A stretch of DNA of 64,000 nucleotides from an uncultured Bacilli bacterium (GTDB lineage Bacteria > Bacillota_I > Bacilli_A > RF39 > UBA660), in the NCBI GenBank assembly GCA_947625575.1, contig CANQOV010000001.1, positions 1,498 to 65,497 on the forward strand. The letters run 5' to 3'. Under the pieces are notes generated by a model. The model worked only from the letters and a program-made list of their open reading frames with translations, was not told where the DNA came from and did no database searches. Numbering within the stretch: the first letter of the stretch is position 1; each line of letters starts with the position of its first letter. This document shows, piece after piece, positions 28,603-38,342 of the stretch. Position numbers and translations under genes: made by a program.

Positions 28603-30662
28603 AAAAATTATTAAATAATATATGGCAAATATATCATAAGTATGAAGAAATACTAAATTACTTAATAGTAGGAGCAATAGGAGTAGTAATTAGTGTTGTA
28701 TCATATGCCTTAAGCAGATGGATTGGTTTTAATATTGTAACAAGTAATATTATTTCATGGATAATTGCAGTTTTATGCATGTATATCATGAATAAACTTT
28801 TTGTATTTAAAACTAAATTAGAGAATAAAAAAGCATTATTTAAAGAATTTATATCATTTATTACAGCCAGAGTATTCACTTTGATTGTAGAAACACTAAT
28901 CCTTTACTTTGGAACAAATTTACTACATATTAATGATTTATTTGTTAAGGTCATAGCACAAATAGTAATAATTATTTTAAACTACATATTAAGTAAATTA
29001 ATTATATTTAATAAAAACAAAAATCCTAATTCTAAAAAAAAAATACTAAATCGCTTTAATTTTTTATTAGACAAAAAAGTGTTTTTAATTTCTTCAATAA
29101 TATGGCTTATTTATTTTATTACAGGAATCCAAGATAGATTTTTCATAAATAATAATCTATCTTTCAAATCAATATTGCCATACAAAATATTACAATTCAT
29201 ATTATTTTATTTTTTTGGTTTAATAGTTAAAAAAATAATTAGTAATAGAAAAGATATAAAATGTAAACATGGCATTATAATTGGTACCGTATTCGCTATA
29301 ATTATGTTTATATTACTACTAACAATGTGGCCTGGTACTTGGTCATGGGATGATGCTATAACATTAAGGCATGCTCAAACTTATACTATATATCCTTGGC
29401 AACATTTTATTTGTTCTTTGTTCTATATTGTTAGTTTAGAAACATTTCCATTTATGAGCGGAGTTATTATAATGCGTATCATAATAATTTCTATCATTAT
29501 GGGCTATAGTATTTCTAATATTGTTGATATATTCAAAAAAACAGAAAAACAGAGAATAACATATGAAATATTTTTATTAATACCAAGTTTATTTCCTCCA
29601 GTAATTATGTATACTTTATCAGGATATCGAATGGGAATATATAGTTTTATTGAACTACTTTTAATTGTACAATTAATAATAATATTTTATAAAAAGAAAA
29701 AATTAACAATAGGAAATTTTATAGGTTTAGCATTTACTATAATTTTAGTTGCTTCATGGAGAACTGAAGGTATTTACTATATTCCTTGTGTAGCACTTAT
29801 TCTTTTATTCCTAAACAAAAAAATTATACCTAGAAAACAAATATTAACTTTATTTATTATTACGTTAAGTTTTACAATGATAATTAATAAAGTCAATACA
29901 TCTTTAATAGCAAATGATAATTACTCTATAACAGCCATTGTAGAGCCTTTACAAGCATTAATCAAAAAAGCAGATCCTAACGAAGATAAAAGCACATTAC
30001 AACAAATAAGTAGGGTGATTGATATAGACTATATTTATAACAACCCAAATTTGCATGGCGAACAACTTTACTGGAGCCATAAATTAGTAAAACCTAATTA
30101 CAGTAAAGATGACTTTAAAGCCTTATTTAAATCTTATATCAAATTAACTTTAAAATATCCATTAACTTCCATAAAAGCAATGACTAAAATGTATTTAAAA
30201 AGCAGTGGAATTATTTTAAAAAAAGATGGTACTGTTTATCAAAAAACTAATATAAGTCAAGCTTTGACATTATATAATGATGATAACACAGCATGGAGTA
30301 GCATTAGAAACATTAAATCTAGTTTTAAAAAAGCCTCTTCTATAAGAAATCAAACTATGCTTTTATTACGAGGATTTAATAATGACAATAAACCCAATAT
30401 TATTCATTATATATTTTGGAACTTAAACATACCAATTTTATTATTATCGCTATGTTTTATATATAAATTATTTAAAAAAGATTGGTTTTTTAGTAGCATA
30501 ATATTTGTAGTTATGTTAAGAATACCTTTGGTATTTATCACATCTCCAGCACCATACTACATGTATTATCACTCAGTATATTTAATAACATATATAATTG
30601 TATTTTTAATTTTAATAGAAGCTATATTTAATAGTAAAAATAAAAAAGATAATTTAAAATAA
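28599..30662 (+). CDS. Large polytopic membrane protein with N-terminal GtrA-like domain fused to a 550-aa multi-TM (GT-C/GtrC-like?) region
   Basis: Residues 1-130 match GtrA-family topology/sequence (…YLIVGAIGVVISVVSYALSRW…MNKLFVFKT…). Then 12 or more TM segments with periplasmic loops. 687 aa. Confidence 0.45.
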   Translation: MKKLLNNIWQIYHKYEEILNYLIVGAIGVVISVVSYALSRWIGFNIVTSNIISWIIAVLCMYIMNKLFVFKTKLENKKALFKEFISFITARVFTLIVETLILYFGTNLLHINDLFVKVIAQIVIIILNYILSKLIIFNKNKNPNSKKKILNRFNFLLDKKVFLISSIIWLIYFITGIQDRFFINNNLSFKSILPYKILQFILFYFFGLIVKKIISNRKDIKCKHGIIIGTVFAIIMFILLLTMWPGTWSWDDAITLRHAQTYTIYPWQHFICSLFYIVSLETFPFMSGVIIMRIIIISIIMGYSISNIVDIFKKTEKQRITYEIFLLIPSLFPPVIMYTLSGYRMGIYSFIELLLIVQLIIIFYKKKKLTIGNFIGLAFTIILVASWRTEGIYYIPCVALILLFLNKKIIPRKQILTLFIITLSFTMIINKVNTSLIANDNYSITAIVEPLQALIKKADPNEDKSTLQQISRVIDIDYIYNNPNLHGEQLYWSHKLVKPNYSKDDFKALFKSYIKLTLKYPLTSIKAMTKMYLKSSGIILKKDGTVYQKTNISQALTLYNDDNTAWSSIRNIKSSFKKASSIRNQTMLLLRGFNNDNKPNIIHYIFWNLNIPILLLSLCFIYKLFKKDWFFSSIIFVVMLRIPLVFITSPAPYYMYYHSVYLITYIIVFLILIEAIFNSKNKKDNLK

Positions 30663-30733
30663 ATATAAACCTTGGTTTCAACTTGCAAATATACTGCTTT
30701 GTGCGATATAATAATACAGTAAATGAAAAACAA

Positions 30734-30762
30734 TTGCTAATCTAAAAATATAATGTTATACT
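30734..30762 (+). promoter_or_regulatory. Possible promoter for tagGH-like exporter genes
   Basis: TTGCTA, 17-nt spacer, TATACT. RBS AAAGAGGTG before the ATG at 30790. Confidence 0.3.
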
Positions 30763-30789
30763 ACAAATACAAACAAAAAGAGGTGTTAC

Positions 30790-31575
30790 ATGAAAAAATT
30801 CTTTAGTGATATAAAAAAATATTTTAAATACATAATTGCTTCTACTAAAGCCGAATTAAATAGTGAAGTAGCAAATTCCTATTTAGGTTGGCTTTGGTGG
30901 TTGCTTAATCCGTTATTTTTTATGCTAATATATTGGTTTATATCAGTAATTGTCTTTAGAACAAAGCAAGATTATTTTGCAGCCTTTGTTTTTATAGGTA
31001 TTTCTATTTGGGATTTCTTTAATCATGTTGTAAATGTAAGTCCAAAACTTATTGCCAATAATAAAGATATAGTAAGTAAAGTATATGTACCAAAATATAT
31101 CTTACTAATTCAAAAAATATGTGTTAATTTCTTTAAAATGTTGATTTCTCTTTTATTAGTAGCAATCATGATGGCTTTATATAACGTTAATATTTCCCTT
31201 AGAATTTTAAACTTTATTCCTATCATTTTCGTATTAGTTATTGTAACATTTGCTGTAGCATCATTATTATTACATTTTGGTGTTTTTGTTGAAGATTTAG
31301 TTAATATAACCAACGTTCTTTTAAGATTAGTATTCTACTTATCAGGAATTTTCTACATGGTATCCACAAGAATACCAGCACCATATAATCGTTACCTACT
31401 ATGGTGTAATCCAATTGCATATTTTATTCAAAGTTCCAGAGATTGTCTTTTATATAACAAAGCTATTGACTATCGAATACTATTTGTCTGGTTAATAATT
31501 GGAACTATTGTGTCAATAATTGGTATAAAAACAATAACAAAATACGAAAACAGTTATGTTAAGGTGATAAAATAA
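30790..31575 (+). CDS. tagG: ABC-2 type polymer export permease (TagG/Wzm-like)
   Basis: 261 aa, 6 TM, ABC-2 family organisation. Followed by an overlapping ATPase gene. Confidence 0.7.
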   Translation: MKKFFSDIKKYFKYIIASTKAELNSEVANSYLGWLWWLLNPLFFMLIYWFISVIVFRTKQDYFAAFVFIGISIWDFFNHVVNVSPKLIANNKDIVSKVYVPKYILLIQKICVNFFKMLISLLLVAIMMALYNVNISLRILNFIPIIFVLVIVTFAVASLLLHFGVFVEDLVNITNVLLRLVFYLSGIFYMVSTRIPAPYNRYLLWCNPIAYFIQSSRDCLLYNKAIDYRILFVWLIIGTIVSIIGIKTITKYENSYVKVIK

Positions 31576-32315
31576 TGAAAAATAATAAGAATATAGCTAT
31601 ATCAGTAAAAAATCTTGGTTTAAGTTATCGTGATATTAAAAAATTCTCAATAAGAAAAACTCTTTTTTCAAGAGAAAAATCAACTCTTTACACAGCTTTA
31701 AAAGATATTTCTTTTGAAATACCAAAAGGTCAAATTGTTGGAATATGTGGTAAAAATGGAAGTGGTAAATCAACTCTTTTAAGAGCACTTGCAGGAATAT
31801 TTTCTGCCGACAAAGGAACTATTGACTTACATAATAATACAATCTCTTTACTATCAATTGGAGTTGGCTTTCAAAAAAAATTAACAGGTCATGATAACAT
31901 CTATTTATCTGGTATGCTTTTAGGTTTTTCTAAAGAACAAATTGATCAAAAATACCAAGAAATCGTAGACTTTTCTGAATTGGGTGATTTCATAAATAAA
32001 CCAGTTGCTTCATATTCATCTGGTATGTATTCAAAACTTGCATTTTCAATAACCGCTATCCTAGAAACCGATATTATTTTAATAGATGAAGTTTTATCAG
32101 TTGGAGATGTTGCCTTTAAAGAAAAAAGCTACAACAAAATGAAAGAATTAATATCTGATGAAAATAGAACAGTCTTAATAGTATCTCACTCATCAAAAAC
32201 TTTAATTGATCTATGTGATCGTGTAATTTGGATTCACGATGGTTTAGTAAAAGAAGATGGCTCTCCAACAGAAGTTGTAGAGCATTATGAAAATTTTATA
32301 AAAAATCAACTATAA
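31575..32315 (+). CDS. tagH: ABC transporter ATP-binding protein (TagH/Wzt-like)
   Basis: Walker A GKNGSGKST, signature YSSGMYSKLAFS, Walker B ILIDEV. Confidence 0.8.
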   Translation: MKNNKNIAISVKNLGLSYRDIKKFSIRKTLFSREKSTLYTALKDISFEIPKGQIVGICGKNGSGKSTLLRALAGIFSADKGTIDLHNNTISLLSIGVGFQKKLTGHDNIYLSGMLLGFSKEQIDQKYQEIVDFSELGDFINKPVASYSSGMYSKLAFSITAILETDIILIDEVLSVGDVAFKEKSYNKMKELISDENRTVLIVSHSSKTLIDLCDRVIWIHDGLVKEDGSPTEVVEHYENFIKNQL

Positions 32316-32345
32316 ATTACCAACTTAAATTGGTAATTTTTTATT
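32316..32345 (+). terminator. Rho-independent terminator
   Basis: ATTACCAA-cttaaa-TTGGTAAT followed by TTTTTTATT, immediately after the tagH stop. Confidence 0.5.
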
Positions 32346-32405
32346 ACTATAATAAAATGTTATTTGCTCATAATAATAATGTAGTTTGTTGAAGGAGTTG
32401 ATTTC

Positions 32406-33398
32406 ATGCCTTTTAAAAATTTTAAAAACAAACTATTAATTTTCATCATATTATTTTCTATTTTTAGTATGCCAATTTCTACCTTTGCTTATTCAAAAAA
32501 AGTAGTTTTAGGAGGAGAAAATATTGGTATAAGTATTAATTCCAAAGGAGTATTAGTAGTAGGTTTCTACAACGTAGGAAAAACATCACCAGGAAAAGAT
32601 GCTAATCTTCAAATCGGAGATATAATAACTAAGATAGATGATACTGATATTAAAAAAATATCTGATCTATCAATTGTTACTATAAACGATCAAGAGGAGT
32701 TACAAATTACTTATTTAAGAAACAACAAGACTAAAAAAACTACTTTAAAATTAACCAAAGATAAAGATAATTCATACAAAACAGGATTATATGTAAAAGA
32801 TAAAATAATTGGAATAGGAACACTTTCTTTTATAGATCCCGAAACAAAAACATTTGCAGGATTAGGCCATGAAATAACAGAAAAAACAACAGGAACAAAA
32901 TTTGAAATAAAAGATGGTACAATATTTAAATCAGATGTAACAAGTATAACAAAATCAACCATTAATAATCCCGGTGAAAAAAATGCAACTTTTAATCAAA
33001 ATGAAATCTATGGCATAATAACAGATAATAAAACAACTGGTATTTATGGTATCTATCAAAGTAAAATAAATACAGATAACTTAATCGAAGTAGCCTCTTT
33101 AAATGAAATAACATTAGGTAAAGCATATATTCACACAGTAATATCCAACAACACCATTGAAAAATTTGAAATCAACATTATTAAAATAAATCATAATGAC
33201 AAAACGAAAAATATCTTATTTGAAATAACAGATAAACGTCTATTATCTAAAACAGGAGGTATAGTCCAAGGGATGAGTGGTTCTCCAATAACTCAAAATA
33301 ACAAGTTAGTAGGAGCCGTAAACTATGTAATTGTAGATTCACCAACAATGGGGTATGGTATTCTAATAGAAAATATGTTAAATGATTTAGAAAATTAA
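32406..33398 (+). CDS. SpoIVB-family (S55) serine peptidase with PDZ domain
   Basis: Signal/TM N-terminus, a PDZ-like segment (…GDIITKIDDTDIKK…), and the catalytic …TGGIVQGMSGSPI… block typical of SpoIVB. Confidence 0.6.
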   Translation: MPFKNFKNKLLIFIILFSIFSMPISTFAYSKKVVLGGENIGISINSKGVLVVGFYNVGKTSPGKDANLQIGDIITKIDDTDIKKISDLSIVTINDQEELQITYLRNNKTKKTTLKLTKDKDNSYKTGLYVKDKIIGIGTLSFIDPETKTFAGLGHEITEKTTGTKFEIKDGTIFKSDVTSITKSTINNPGEKNATFNQNEIYGIITDNKTTGIYGIYQSKINTDNLIEVASLNEITLGKAYIHTVISNNTIEKFEINIIKINHNDKTKNILFEITDKRLLSKTGGIVQGMSGSPITQNNKLVGAVNYVIVDSPTMGYGILIENMLNDLEN

Positions 33399-33400
33399 TG

Positions 33401-33425
33401 AAGCAGGTTATCCTGCTTTTTATTT
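33401..33425 (+). terminator. Rho-independent terminator
   Basis: AAGCAGG-ttat-CCTGCTT followed by TTTATTTC. Confidence 0.55.
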
Positions 33426-33640
33426 CATAAAACTTTCACAATTAAAACATAAAACTAACATAATCTAAATATAAAATAAAACTTAAGAAAGAGGTAATAT
33501 TTTTTAGTTTTATAAATAAATTTTCGCTCCATTATTTAAAAAACTTTCAAATACATACCCAATCCAACAAACCTCTTTCTAATTTTAGAATTATAGTCTT
33601 TTTTTACTAAATGTATTATAATAATTAAAAAGGAGATAAA

Positions 33641-34306
33641 ATGAAAGCATTAATTGTAGATGATGAAAAACTAATACGAAATATTATAAAAGAATACTTA
33701 GTAAAAGAAAACTTTGAAATAATTGAAGCTGAAACTGGTATCGAAGCAATTGAACAAGTAAAAACTAATGATATTGATATAATAATATTAGATATCATGA
33801 TGCCAGAATTAGATGGTTTTAGTGCTTATAAAGAAATTAAAAAGATTAGTAATATTCCTACTATTATTTTATCTGCAAGAACTGAAGAATATGATAAACT
33901 AACTGGTTTTGATTTAGGGATTGATGATTATTTAACAAAACCTTTCTCACCCAAAGAATTAGTAGCAAGAGTAAAAGCCATACTAAATCGTAGCAATAAA
34001 AAAGAAGATATTTTTAAATATAAAACATTAAAATTAGATAAAATTGCTCATGCTTTATATATTGATGATAAAGAAATAGAAATAACACCAAAAGAATTTG
34101 ATTTACTAGTATACCTTATTGAAAATGAAAATGTTGCTTTATCAAGAGGGCAACTACTAAATAAAGTTTGGGGTTATAGTTATTATGGTGATGATAGAAC
34201 TGTTGATACTCATATAAAAATGTTAAGAAACAATTTAAAAGAATATCGTAATTTAATAAAAACTATTCGTGGAGTAGGGTATAAATTTGAAAAAAAACAA
34301 ATTTAG
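33641..34306 (+). CDS. OmpR-family response regulator
   Basis: Receiver domain (…IVDDE…IILDIMMPELDG…) plus winged-helix C-terminus (…RGVGYKF). Confidence 0.85.
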   Translation: MKALIVDDEKLIRNIIKEYLVKENFEIIEAETGIEAIEQVKTNDIDIIILDIMMPELDGFSAYKEIKKISNIPTIILSARTEEYDKLTGFDLGIDDYLTKPFSPKELVARVKAILNRSNKKEDIFKYKTLKLDKIAHALYIDDKEIEITPKEFDLLVYLIENENVALSRGQLLNKVWGYSYYGDDRTVDTHIKMLRNNLKEYRNLIKTIRGVGYKFEKKQI

Positions 34307-35675
34307 TATCAAAACCAATATATTATTATATTTAATAATATATTCTATCATAATTCTATCATTTATCTACATAATTCAAATTGGTTTCTTAAACATATCA
34401 TATAAAATTGAACAATCAAAAATATTAAATAATTCTATAACCGAAATAAAACAGACATATAAAGAAGAAAACTATGAATCACTATTTAATATAATAAGTG
34501 CTAATAATAATATTTGTCTTGAACTAATAAATAATGACGCAACTATTTATACATCATCAACTTATAATAAAAAATGTTTATCTTCTAATAATAAAGCATT
34601 ATTATATTTTGAAAAAGAATTTATATCAAGCAATCAAAATAAAAAACAAATTGAAATAATAAATCCTCTATATAATAACAACACTTTAATAATAGGGGAA
34701 AAATTATCTAATAACTCTTATATCTTTGCTAGCACTTCACTAATCCCTTTAGATAATAGTATCAGTATCTTAAAAAGTCAATTTATTTACATAGCTATAC
34801 TAATTTTCATAATGTCCATAGTATTATCTTATTTTATCTCTAATCATATAGCTAAACCAATAATAAAACTAAATGAAAATGCTAAACAATTAAGAAATAA
34901 ATCTTATATTGATAATGAAATAAACTCATCTTGTTACGAAATTGATCTATTATCTAAAACAATTGAAGAGGCCAAAGAAGAATTAGGAAAAACAGAACAA
35001 TTAAGACAAGATTTAATGGCTAATGTCTCTCATGATCTAAAAACCCCTTTAACAATGATAAAAGCTTATGCTGAAGCAGCTAAAGACTTAAATAAAGAAG
35101 ACGCTAAAAAACAAGAAGAAGATTTAAATATAATAATTGAAGAAACAGATAGATTAACTATCTTAGTAAATGATATCCTAGAATTATCCAAATTAGAAAA
35201 TATAACAATAAAAGAAGAAAAAGAATTAATATCTATCAATGATTTAATAGAAAGTATTTTAAAAAGATATACTATCATCAAAGAACAAGGTTATACTTTT
35301 ATCTTTAACAAAGATGGTAACTATAATGTAAAAGTAAATAAAAAACATCTTGAGCAAGTAATATATAATTTAATAAATAATGCTATTAATTATACTGGAG
35401 AAGATAAAAAAATAATAATAGATTTAACAAAAGAAAAAAAATATCTAAAACTATCTATAACTGACACAGGAAAAGGTATATCTAAAGAAGAAATAAATCT
35501 TATTTGGGATAAATACTATAGAACGAAACGTCAACATCAAAGAAATATAATTGGTACAGGTCTAGGTCTATCAATAGTTAAAAATATTTTTGAGCAATAT
35601 AATATAAAATATGGTGTAACAAGTAAAGAAAAAAAAGGAACTACCTTTTATTTCTATCTAAAAATAGAAGACTAG
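34287..35675 (+). CDS. Sensor histidine kinase
   Basis: Two TM segments flank an extracellular loop. H-box …ANVSHDLKTPLT…, N-box …NLINNAINYT…, G2-box …GTGLGLSIVK… Overlaps the regulator gene. Confidence 0.8.
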   Translation: MKKNKFSIKTNILLYLIIYSIIILSFIYIIQIGFLNISYKIEQSKILNNSITEIKQTYKEENYESLFNIISANNNICLELINNDATIYTSSTYNKKCLSSNNKALLYFEKEFISSNQNKKQIEIINPLYNNNTLIIGEKLSNNSYIFASTSLIPLDNSISILKSQFIYIAILIFIMSIVLSYFISNHIAKPIIKLNENAKQLRNKSYIDNEINSSCYEIDLLSKTIEEAKEELGKTEQLRQDLMANVSHDLKTPLTMIKAYAEAAKDLNKEDAKKQEEDLNIIIEETDRLTILVNDILELSKLENITIKEEKELISINDLIESILKRYTIIKEQGYTFIFNKDGNYNVKVNKKHLEQVIYNLINNAINYTGEDKKIIIDLTKEKKYLKLSITDTGKGISKEEINLIWDKYYRTKRQHQRNIIGTGLGLSIVKNIFEQYNIKYGVTSKEKKGTTFYFYLKIED

Positions 35676-35680
35676 TTCTT

Positions 35681-36211
35681 TTATTTTGCCCCTTGAAAAT
35701 ATCCATTAGCAACATAATGAGATTCACTAGCGACAATAAAAGCTTTCTTATCATGTTTTTTAATCAGATTTTCGACAAATTTTAATTTTCTTTTATCAAT
35801 TTCCATAAAAATCATCCATCTTTTTTCTTTTTTATTCTCATTATTCACATCGAAAATAGATACAGCAAAACCATTTTTTCTAATATTATCAATCATAGGA
35901 TATGGTATAGATGTAATAACAAAACAAGATAAAGTCCCTTTAATAAAAATATTAGAAATATATCCTCCCACAAATGTTCCAGTAGCAAAACCAAGTGCAT
36001 AACTAATCCCAATCCAAATGCTGTTAGAATCTGTATTAAGTGCTTCTTTAACAATTAAAAACCAAACTAAAACCTCCACAAAACCAATACATGCAGCTAC
36101 CATATTTTTACCCTTAACAGTAACTAAAGTCCTAAAAGTACCTAAAGAAACATCAATAATTCTAGCCAAAAATATTTTTATACATAATATAAGTTCCACA
36201 TCTTCCTCCAA
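35681..36211 (-). CDS. UPF0316 / DUF2179-type small membrane protein
   Basis: N-terminal TM helices …LARIIDVSLGTFRTLVTVKGKNMVAA… and C-terminal …DKKAFIVASESHYVANG… resembling DUF2179. Confidence 0.4.
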   Translation of the reverse strand: MEEDVELILCIKIFLARIIDVSLGTFRTLVTVKGKNMVAACIGFVEVLVWFLIVKEALNTDSNSIWIGISYALGFATGTFVGGYISNIFIKGTLSCFVITSIPYPMIDNIRKNGFAVSIFDVNNENKKEKRWMIFMEIDKRKLKFVENLIKKHDKKAFIVASESHYVANGYFQGAK

Positions 36212-36270
36212 ACATTATTATTATGTAAAACAAAAAATAAAAAAATACAAAAAAAATAACCCAAAGGTTA

Positions 36271-36365
36271 CTAATTAAAAAAATAAATTGCTACTGAAAA
36301 AATTAAAGATAAAATCATAACTAAAAACATAATTAAAACAACAGTCTTTTGTACTTTCTTATTCA
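36271..36365 (-). CDS. Possible 31-aa hydrophobic micropeptide (MNKKVQKTVVLIMFLVMILSLIFSVAIYFFN)
   Basis: Not in the ORF track because it is under 60 aa. ATG at 36365 is preceded by GGAGG at optimal spacing (minus-strand ATATGGAGGCCTGATATG). One predicted TM helix. Confidence 0.25.
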
Positions 36366-36485
36366 TATCAGGCCTCCATATAAATTATATCATCTATCTT
36401 AAAATAGTCAAATTAAATAAGAAAATGTAGAATAGTAATCTATAATATTTTAAAACATTCTTCATATTTTTAAATAGGTGACGAT

Positions 36486-37130
36486 ATGAAAATGAAACTA
36501 AAAAATAATGAACATAAAACTACTTTCATTAATAAACTAAAAAAACATCTAACACTTAAAAACTTAATTATTTCTTTTCTAACTTTATTTATAACAGCTT
36601 TCATAATAGGTATTGTCTTTTATTTATATTTAAATAACAAAGATAAAGAAATGATAAAATCTAATCTTTATAGTTATTTTACTATAAGTGATAACTATAA
36701 CTATTTAAAAATCTTAAAAAAAGAACTTTTTACTAACTTAACAAATACATTTTTTATCTGGTTACTAGGTATAAGTGTTATTGGCATTATCGTAATAGTA
36801 TTACTTTATTTTATCGAATCATTTAGTCTAGGTTTTACTATCACAAGTATAATAGATAACTATAAACTAAAAGGTATAATAGGTATGTTTTCTTATCTTT
36901 TTCCAAGTAAAATAATTTATATTCTAAACTTTATACTTATTTGTTTAGCTTCATTTAGATTTAGTCTGCAACTAATAAAATATTTATTTTTAAAACAGGA
37001 CATAGATTTAAAAAAACAATTAAAAAAATATCTAAAAGTTCTTCTAATGGCTATTTTAATAACAATAATATATACCCTTTTAGATGTCTTCATTACCCCT
37101 TTAATGATAAAAATTTTTACAAAAATTTAA
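36486..37130 (+). CDS. Polytopic membrane protein (possibly SpoIIM/DUF95-like)
   Basis: 214 aa with 5-6 TM segments. Size and topology resemble SpoIIM. No diagnostic motif was found. Confidence 0.3.
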   Translation: MKMKLKNNEHKTTFINKLKKHLTLKNLIISFLTLFITAFIIGIVFYLYLNNKDKEMIKSNLYSYFTISDNYNYLKILKKELFTNLTNTFFIWLLGISVIGIIVIVLLYFIESFSLGFTITSIIDNYKLKGIIGMFSYLFPSKIIYILNFILICLASFRFSLQLIKYLFLKQDIDLKKQLKKYLKVLLMAILITIIYTLLDVFITPLMIKIFTKI

Positions 37131-37152
37131 ATATAGTATATAATGATATTCG

Positions 37153-38271
37153 GTGATATATATGAAAAAAGTTGTTATTGGGATGAGTGGGGGAGTAGAT
37201 TCTTCTGTAGCGGCTATTTTATTAAAAAATCAAGGTTATGATGTTATTGCCCTTTTTATGAGAAATTGGGATAGCCTTTTAAATAATGATATAAATGGTA
37301 ATCCAACTTTAAATGAAGAAATATGTACTCAAGAACAAGATTATAACGATGCTAAAAAAGTTTGTGAGAAATTAAATATCCCTTTATATAGAGTAGATTT
37401 TACTAAAGAATATTGGGATAATGTCTTTACTTATTTTTTAGATGAATTAAAAAAAGGTCGTACTCCTAATCCTGATGTTATGTGTAATAAATATATAAAA
37501 TTTGATTATTTCATCCGTGAAGCTAAAAAATTAAATGCTGACTATGTAGCAACAGGTCACTATGCCATACTTAAAAATGGATTATTATATAAAGCAGTCG
37601 ATAGCAATAAAGATCAAACATACTTTTTAGCTCAACTAACTTCCAAACAATTAGAAAACGTCTTATTTCCAATTGGAGAATTAAATAAAGAACAAGTAAG
37701 AAAAATAGCTTTAGAATATGATTTAATAACTGCTAAGAAAAAAGACTCTACAGGAATATGTTTTATTGGTGAAAGAAACTTTAAACAATTTTTAACTAAC
37801 TACTTACCTAATATGAAAGGTGACATAATCGATATAGAAACCAACGAAAAAGTAGGGGAGCATATAGGACTTATGTACTACACAATAGGGCAAAGAAGAG
37901 GACTAAATATTGGTGGTATGGAAAATAGAACTTTTGTCGTAGGCAAAGATTTAAAAAATAATATATTATATGTAGCTAGTAAAAATGCTAACGAATACTT
38001 AACTTCCAACAGTTGTCTTATTGATAATATTGTTTTAAATACCAACGAAAAAATAACATCTTGCTATGCTAAATTTAGATATAGAAGCAAAGATGTTAAA
38101 GTATCACTAGAATATTTAGATAACAATGAAATATTAGTAAGATATAATGGTGTAAAAAGTGTAACACCAGGACAGCTTTGTGTTTTCTATAAAGAAGATG
38201 GACAATGTTTTGGAAGTGGAATAATAAAAGAAGTAAGAAAAGATGATAAAAAACTTTGGTACTTATTATAA
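37153..38271 (+). CDS. mnmA: tRNA-specific 2-thiouridylase
   Basis: PP-loop …VVIGMSGGVDSSVAA… plus the conserved …DQTYFL… and …KDSTGICF… blocks. Confidence 0.9.
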   Translation: MIYMKKVVIGMSGGVDSSVAAILLKNQGYDVIALFMRNWDSLLNNDINGNPTLNEEICTQEQDYNDAKKVCEKLNIPLYRVDFTKEYWDNVFTYFLDELKKGRTPNPDVMCNKYIKFDYFIREAKKLNADYVATGHYAILKNGLLYKAVDSNKDQTYFLAQLTSKQLENVLFPIGELNKEQVRKIALEYDLITAKKKDSTGICFIGERNFKQFLTNYLPNMKGDIIDIETNEKVGEHIGLMYYTIGQRRGLNIGGMENRTFVVGKDLKNNILYVASKNANEYLTSNSCLIDNIVLNTNEKITSCYAKFRYRSKDVKVSLEYLDNNEILVRYNGVKSVTPGQLCVFYKEDGQCFGSGIIKEVRKDDKKLWYLL

Positions 38272-38342
38272 TGCCAAAGTTTTTATTTTCACTAGACAAT
38301 AACCCCTAGAAATGCTAAAATTAAATCATAGGAGATGAAACA

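Noticed and set aside
36018-36278. 86-aa plus-strand ORF overlapping the DUF2179 gene
   Set aside because: Overlaps a better-supported minus-strand CDS. The product is low-complexity K-rich. The small minus-strand micropeptide ORF is preferred in the intergenic part.
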